The notes under the pieces are model-generated. The model saw nothing but the letters and a program-made list of their open reading frames with translations. It made no database searches and was not told the DNA's origin. Below are positions 61,465 through 64,000 of a stretch of 64,000 bases of DNA, one piece after another; the stretch's first letter is position 1; every line of letters starts with the position of its first letter. Source of the stretch: an uncultured Pelagibacteraceae bacterium (GTDB lineage Bacteria; Pseudomonadota; Alphaproteobacteria; Pelagibacterales; Pelagibacteraceae); NCBI GenBank assembly GCA_902613065.1, contig CACMFU010000001.1, positions 131,471-195,470 of the forward strand. Direction: 5' to 3'. The position numbers were made by a program, and so were the translations under genes.

Positions 61465-62457
61465 ATGAATAATAAAAACATACCAAATAAAATTCTACAT
61501 TGGTACGATAATAATAAAAGAATTTTACCTTGGAGAAAAAAAGTTTCTCAGAAACAAAAAGAATATTTTACGTTTGTTAGTGAATTTATGTTGCAGCAAA
61601 CTCAAGTAAAAACTGTTATTCCTTATTTTGAAAAATTTGTAAAACAAATTCCAACCTTTCAATCATTAGCAGATGTTGATGAAAAAATCTTAATGAAACA
61701 TTGGGAAGGCCTTGGTTATTATTCAAGAGCAAGAAATCTAAAAAAAAGTGCAATTAAAATTCTTAAAGATTTCAACGGTAAGTTGCCAAAATCTTATGAA
61801 AAGTTAATACAATTACCAGGTGTTGGTGAATATACATCTAAAGCAATAATGTCTATAGCATTTAACATTAAAACTATCCCTTTAGATGGAAATGTAGAGA
61901 GAATTCTTAAAAGAACTCTCTATTTAAAAAAGCAGAATGAAATATCTAAAATTTCTCTAAAAACAAAAATTAATTTTTTTGGACTGTCCGATCGTGCTAG
62001 TGATTACTCACAAGCAATTATGGAAATAGGTGCTTTAATTTGCAAACCAAAAAATCCAATTTGTAAAGAATGTCCATTAAGTAAAAATTGTATATCTTTA
62101 AAAAAAAATGATTTTGAGTTAACTAAAATTAATAAAGAAATAAAAACTAAATATTTTGAAGCGACTATCTACAAAAAACAAAATAATTATTTATTGGTTA
62201 AAAATGATAAATTTAAATTTTTAAAAAATATGCCAATTTTTCCAATGACTGAAGTTCGAGAAAGTAAGTATAATTATTCAAATAATAAAAAAATTAATAT
62301 AAAATTATCTAATATGGAAATGAAAATTTTGATAAATAACTCGAAAAGACCACCAAAGATTAAAAATAAAATATTAATTAAAAAAGATAAATTAAGCTCA
62401 GAAATAATTCCATCATTTACTAAAAAAATATTTTATACCATCTCAAAATCTGAATGA
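61465..62457 (+). CDS. mutY: A/G-specific adenine glycosylase (start placed at ATG 61465)
   Basis: LPWR, VSEFMLQQTQV, WEGLGYYSRARNL, LPGVGEYT, LDGNVER, C-x6-C-x2-C-x5-C [4Fe-4S] motif. Confidence 0.95.
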   Translation: MNNKNIPNKILHWYDNNKRILPWRKKVSQKQKEYFTFVSEFMLQQTQVKTVIPYFEKFVKQIPTFQSLADVDEKILMKHWEGLGYYSRARNLKKSAIKILKDFNGKLPKSYEKLIQLPGVGEYTSKAIMSIAFNIKTIPLDGNVERILKRTLYLKKQNEISKISLKTKINFFGLSDRASDYSQAIMEIGALICKPKNPICKECPLSKNCISLKKNDFELTKINKEIKTKYFEATIYKKQNNYLLVKNDKFKFLKNMPIFPMTEVRESKYNYSNNKKINIKLSNMEMKILINNSKRPPKIKNKILIKKDKLSSEIIPSFTKKIFYTISKSE

Positions 62458-63575
62458 AAAAAGTTGCAATTGTAGGAGCTGGTATATCTGGTTTGTATCT
62501 TGCAAATGAATTAAACAAAAATACTGAAATAGATTATAAAATCTTTGAAAAAAGAGATTACCTTAATTTAAACGAAGGTTATGGCATTCAACTTTCAGTT
62601 AATAGTATTAATTTGTTAAATAAAGTAGGATTTAAAAATATTTCAGCATCAGATGTTTATTATCCAACAAAAGTTAATTTTTTCCAGGCTAAAAATATTA
62701 AAAAGATTTGTGAAATTGATTTAAAGCAATTCAATAGTGTAAACGACCGTTACACAACACTTAAAAGATCAACATTAATAAAGTTTTTAATTGGCAATAT
62801 ACCTGAGGAAAAAATTCAATTTAAAGCCGATATTCAAAATATCGAATATAATAAAAAAATAAAGATTTCTTGGAATAATAAGAATGAAAGTTTCGATTAT
62901 ATAGTAATTGCAGACGGTGTTTTTTCAAAATTAAAATCTCAAATATCAAATAATCATTTAAACCCAATTTTTAATGGGAACATTGCTTTAAGGGCGAATT
63001 TAAAACAACATGAAAAAGATAATATTTCTGTTTATATGGGTTCAAATTTTCACTATGTAACTTATCCTGTAAATCAAAAACTCGAATATAATTTCGTTGC
63101 TATAATCAAAAAGAAACTAACTACTAAAGAAATTGAAGATAAAAATACTCTTAATTCTGAAACATTTATAAAATCTTTAAAAGATCTTATTTCAAAAAAT
63201 TCTATTATAAATTTGGAGAGTTTAGTAAATTTAAAGTGTTTTCCTGTATTTGTGAGCACTGAATTACCCACACTAAAATATCAAAATACCTTTTTGAGTG
63301 GAGACGCTTTATTTGCTTTTCCACCTTCTTTTGCACAAGGTGCTTCTCAAAGTATTGAAACGGCAAATGGTATTTTAGAAAATATTACAAATTCAAATAA
63401 TGTTTATAAAGATAAAATAAGTAAAATATTACTAGTAAACAAAAGATCTAAACTAAATCATTTTGCCTTCCATTTAACTAATCCAATAATAATATTAATT
63501 AGAAATATTGTTTTGAAATTTTTATCAAAAAATAAAAAATTTTTAGAGAGTTATCTTGGAAAAATTTATAGATAA
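62454..63575 (+). CDS. FAD-dependent monooxygenase (aromatic hydroxylase-like)
   Basis: IVGAGISG, GYGIQLS, VIADGVFS, SGDA...PSFAQGASQSIE. Confidence 0.85.
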   Translation: MKKVAIVGAGISGLYLANELNKNTEIDYKIFEKRDYLNLNEGYGIQLSVNSINLLNKVGFKNISASDVYYPTKVNFFQAKNIKKICEIDLKQFNSVNDRYTTLKRSTLIKFLIGNIPEEKIQFKADIQNIEYNKKIKISWNNKNESFDYIVIADGVFSKLKSQISNNHLNPIFNGNIALRANLKQHEKDNISVYMGSNFHYVTYPVNQKLEYNFVAIIKKKLTTKEIEDKNTLNSETFIKSLKDLISKNSIINLESLVNLKCFPVFVSTELPTLKYQNTFLSGDALFAFPPSFAQGASQSIETANGILENITNSNNVYKDKISKILLVNKRSKLNHFAFHLTNPIIILIRNIVLKFLSKNKKFLESYLGKIYR

Positions 63576-63586
63576 CTTAATTAACT

Positions 63587-63615
63587 TTGTTCTTAATTTG
63601 TTCTTATGGTATCTT
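63587..63615 (+). promoter_or_regulatory. Putative sigma70 promoter overlapped by an alphaproteobacterial LexA (SOS) box
   Basis: GTTC-TTAATTT-GTTC at 63589-63603 (GTTC-N7-GTTC); TTGTTC-N17-TATCTT promoter-like spacing. Confidence 0.75.
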
Positions 63616-63629
63616 ATAACCGATTCGTT

Positions 63630-64000
63630 ATGAAAAAATATAAAACAATTTATGCTGATCCACCTTGGAGATTTAAAAACTTCAGTGAAAAGGGCGAGGG
63701 TAGAAATGCAATATCTCATTATGATTGCTTAACTTTACTAGATTTGAAAAAACTCAACATAAAACGCTACGCTGATAAAGATTGTGCTTTGTTTATGTGG
63801 GTAACAGATCCAATGCTTGATCAAGGTATCCAGCTTATGCAAGATTGGGGATTTAAGTTTAAGACTGTTGCTTTTTATTGGGCAAAGACAAATACTAAAG
63901 TTGATTTAAAAAAATTATCGTCTGAAAAAGATTTTTTTACTGGTCTAGGTTATTGGACTAGAGCCAATTGTGAACAGTGTATTTTAGGTACAATAGGAAA
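63630..64000 (+). CDS. MT-A70-family N6-adenine methyltransferase, N-terminal part (runs off the window; absent from the ORF track)
   Basis: MKKYKTIYADPPWRF...DCALFMWVTDP...WGFKFKTVAFYWAK...GLGYWTRANCEQCILG; DPPW motif and MT-A70 downstream blocks; no stop in 123 codons. Confidence 0.9.
   Translation, partial: MKKYKTIYADPPWRFKNFSEKGEGRNAISHYDCLTLLDLKKLNIKRYADKDCALFMWVTDPMLDQGIQLMQDWGFKFKTVAFYWAKTNTKVDLKKLSSEKDFFTGLGYWTRANCEQCILGTIG

Noticed and set aside
63577-63596. CtrA box upstream of the MT-A70 gene
   Set aside because: The TTAA pairs are spaced by 8 or 12 nt, not the required 7

Overview
A very AT-rich, streamlined alphaproteobacterial chromosome segment. Gene content and order, tiny or overlapping intergenic gaps and the crtI-crtB-crtY-blh block beside the F0 ATP synthase genes point to SAR11/Pelagibacterales (inference). 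It holds about 70 CDS, mostly core: ibpA, ptrB, RamB-like regulator/aceA, djlA, tldD-pmbA, typA, groESL, ribF-ileS-lspA, pgi, purD, lipid A genes, ubiA, the aa3 cytochrome oxidase operon, thrC/thrB, rnhA, ispH, retinal synthesis, atpIBEF'F, smc, dciA and mutY. I saw no tRNA, rRNA, CRISPR array, integrase or transposase. Two genes are missing from the ORF track: a 41-aa CoxF-like ORF (44838-44963) and an MT-A70-family adenine methyltransferase cut by the window end (63630->64000). The best leads are: (1) a perfect alphaproteobacterial LexA box (GTTC-N7-GTTC) over the promoter of that MT-A70 gene, suggesting an SOS-inducible m6A methyltransferase; (2) an apparently leaderless His-rich 53-aa ORF heading the aceA transcript, behind a duplicated RamB/PccR-type operator; (3) an 857-aa Smc with no recognisable hinge; (4) a sigma32 promoter plus ROSE-like RNA thermometer on ibpA; (5) a coiled-coil protein with a 55-residue poly-Lys tail. 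All motif calls were made by eye; no searches were run.
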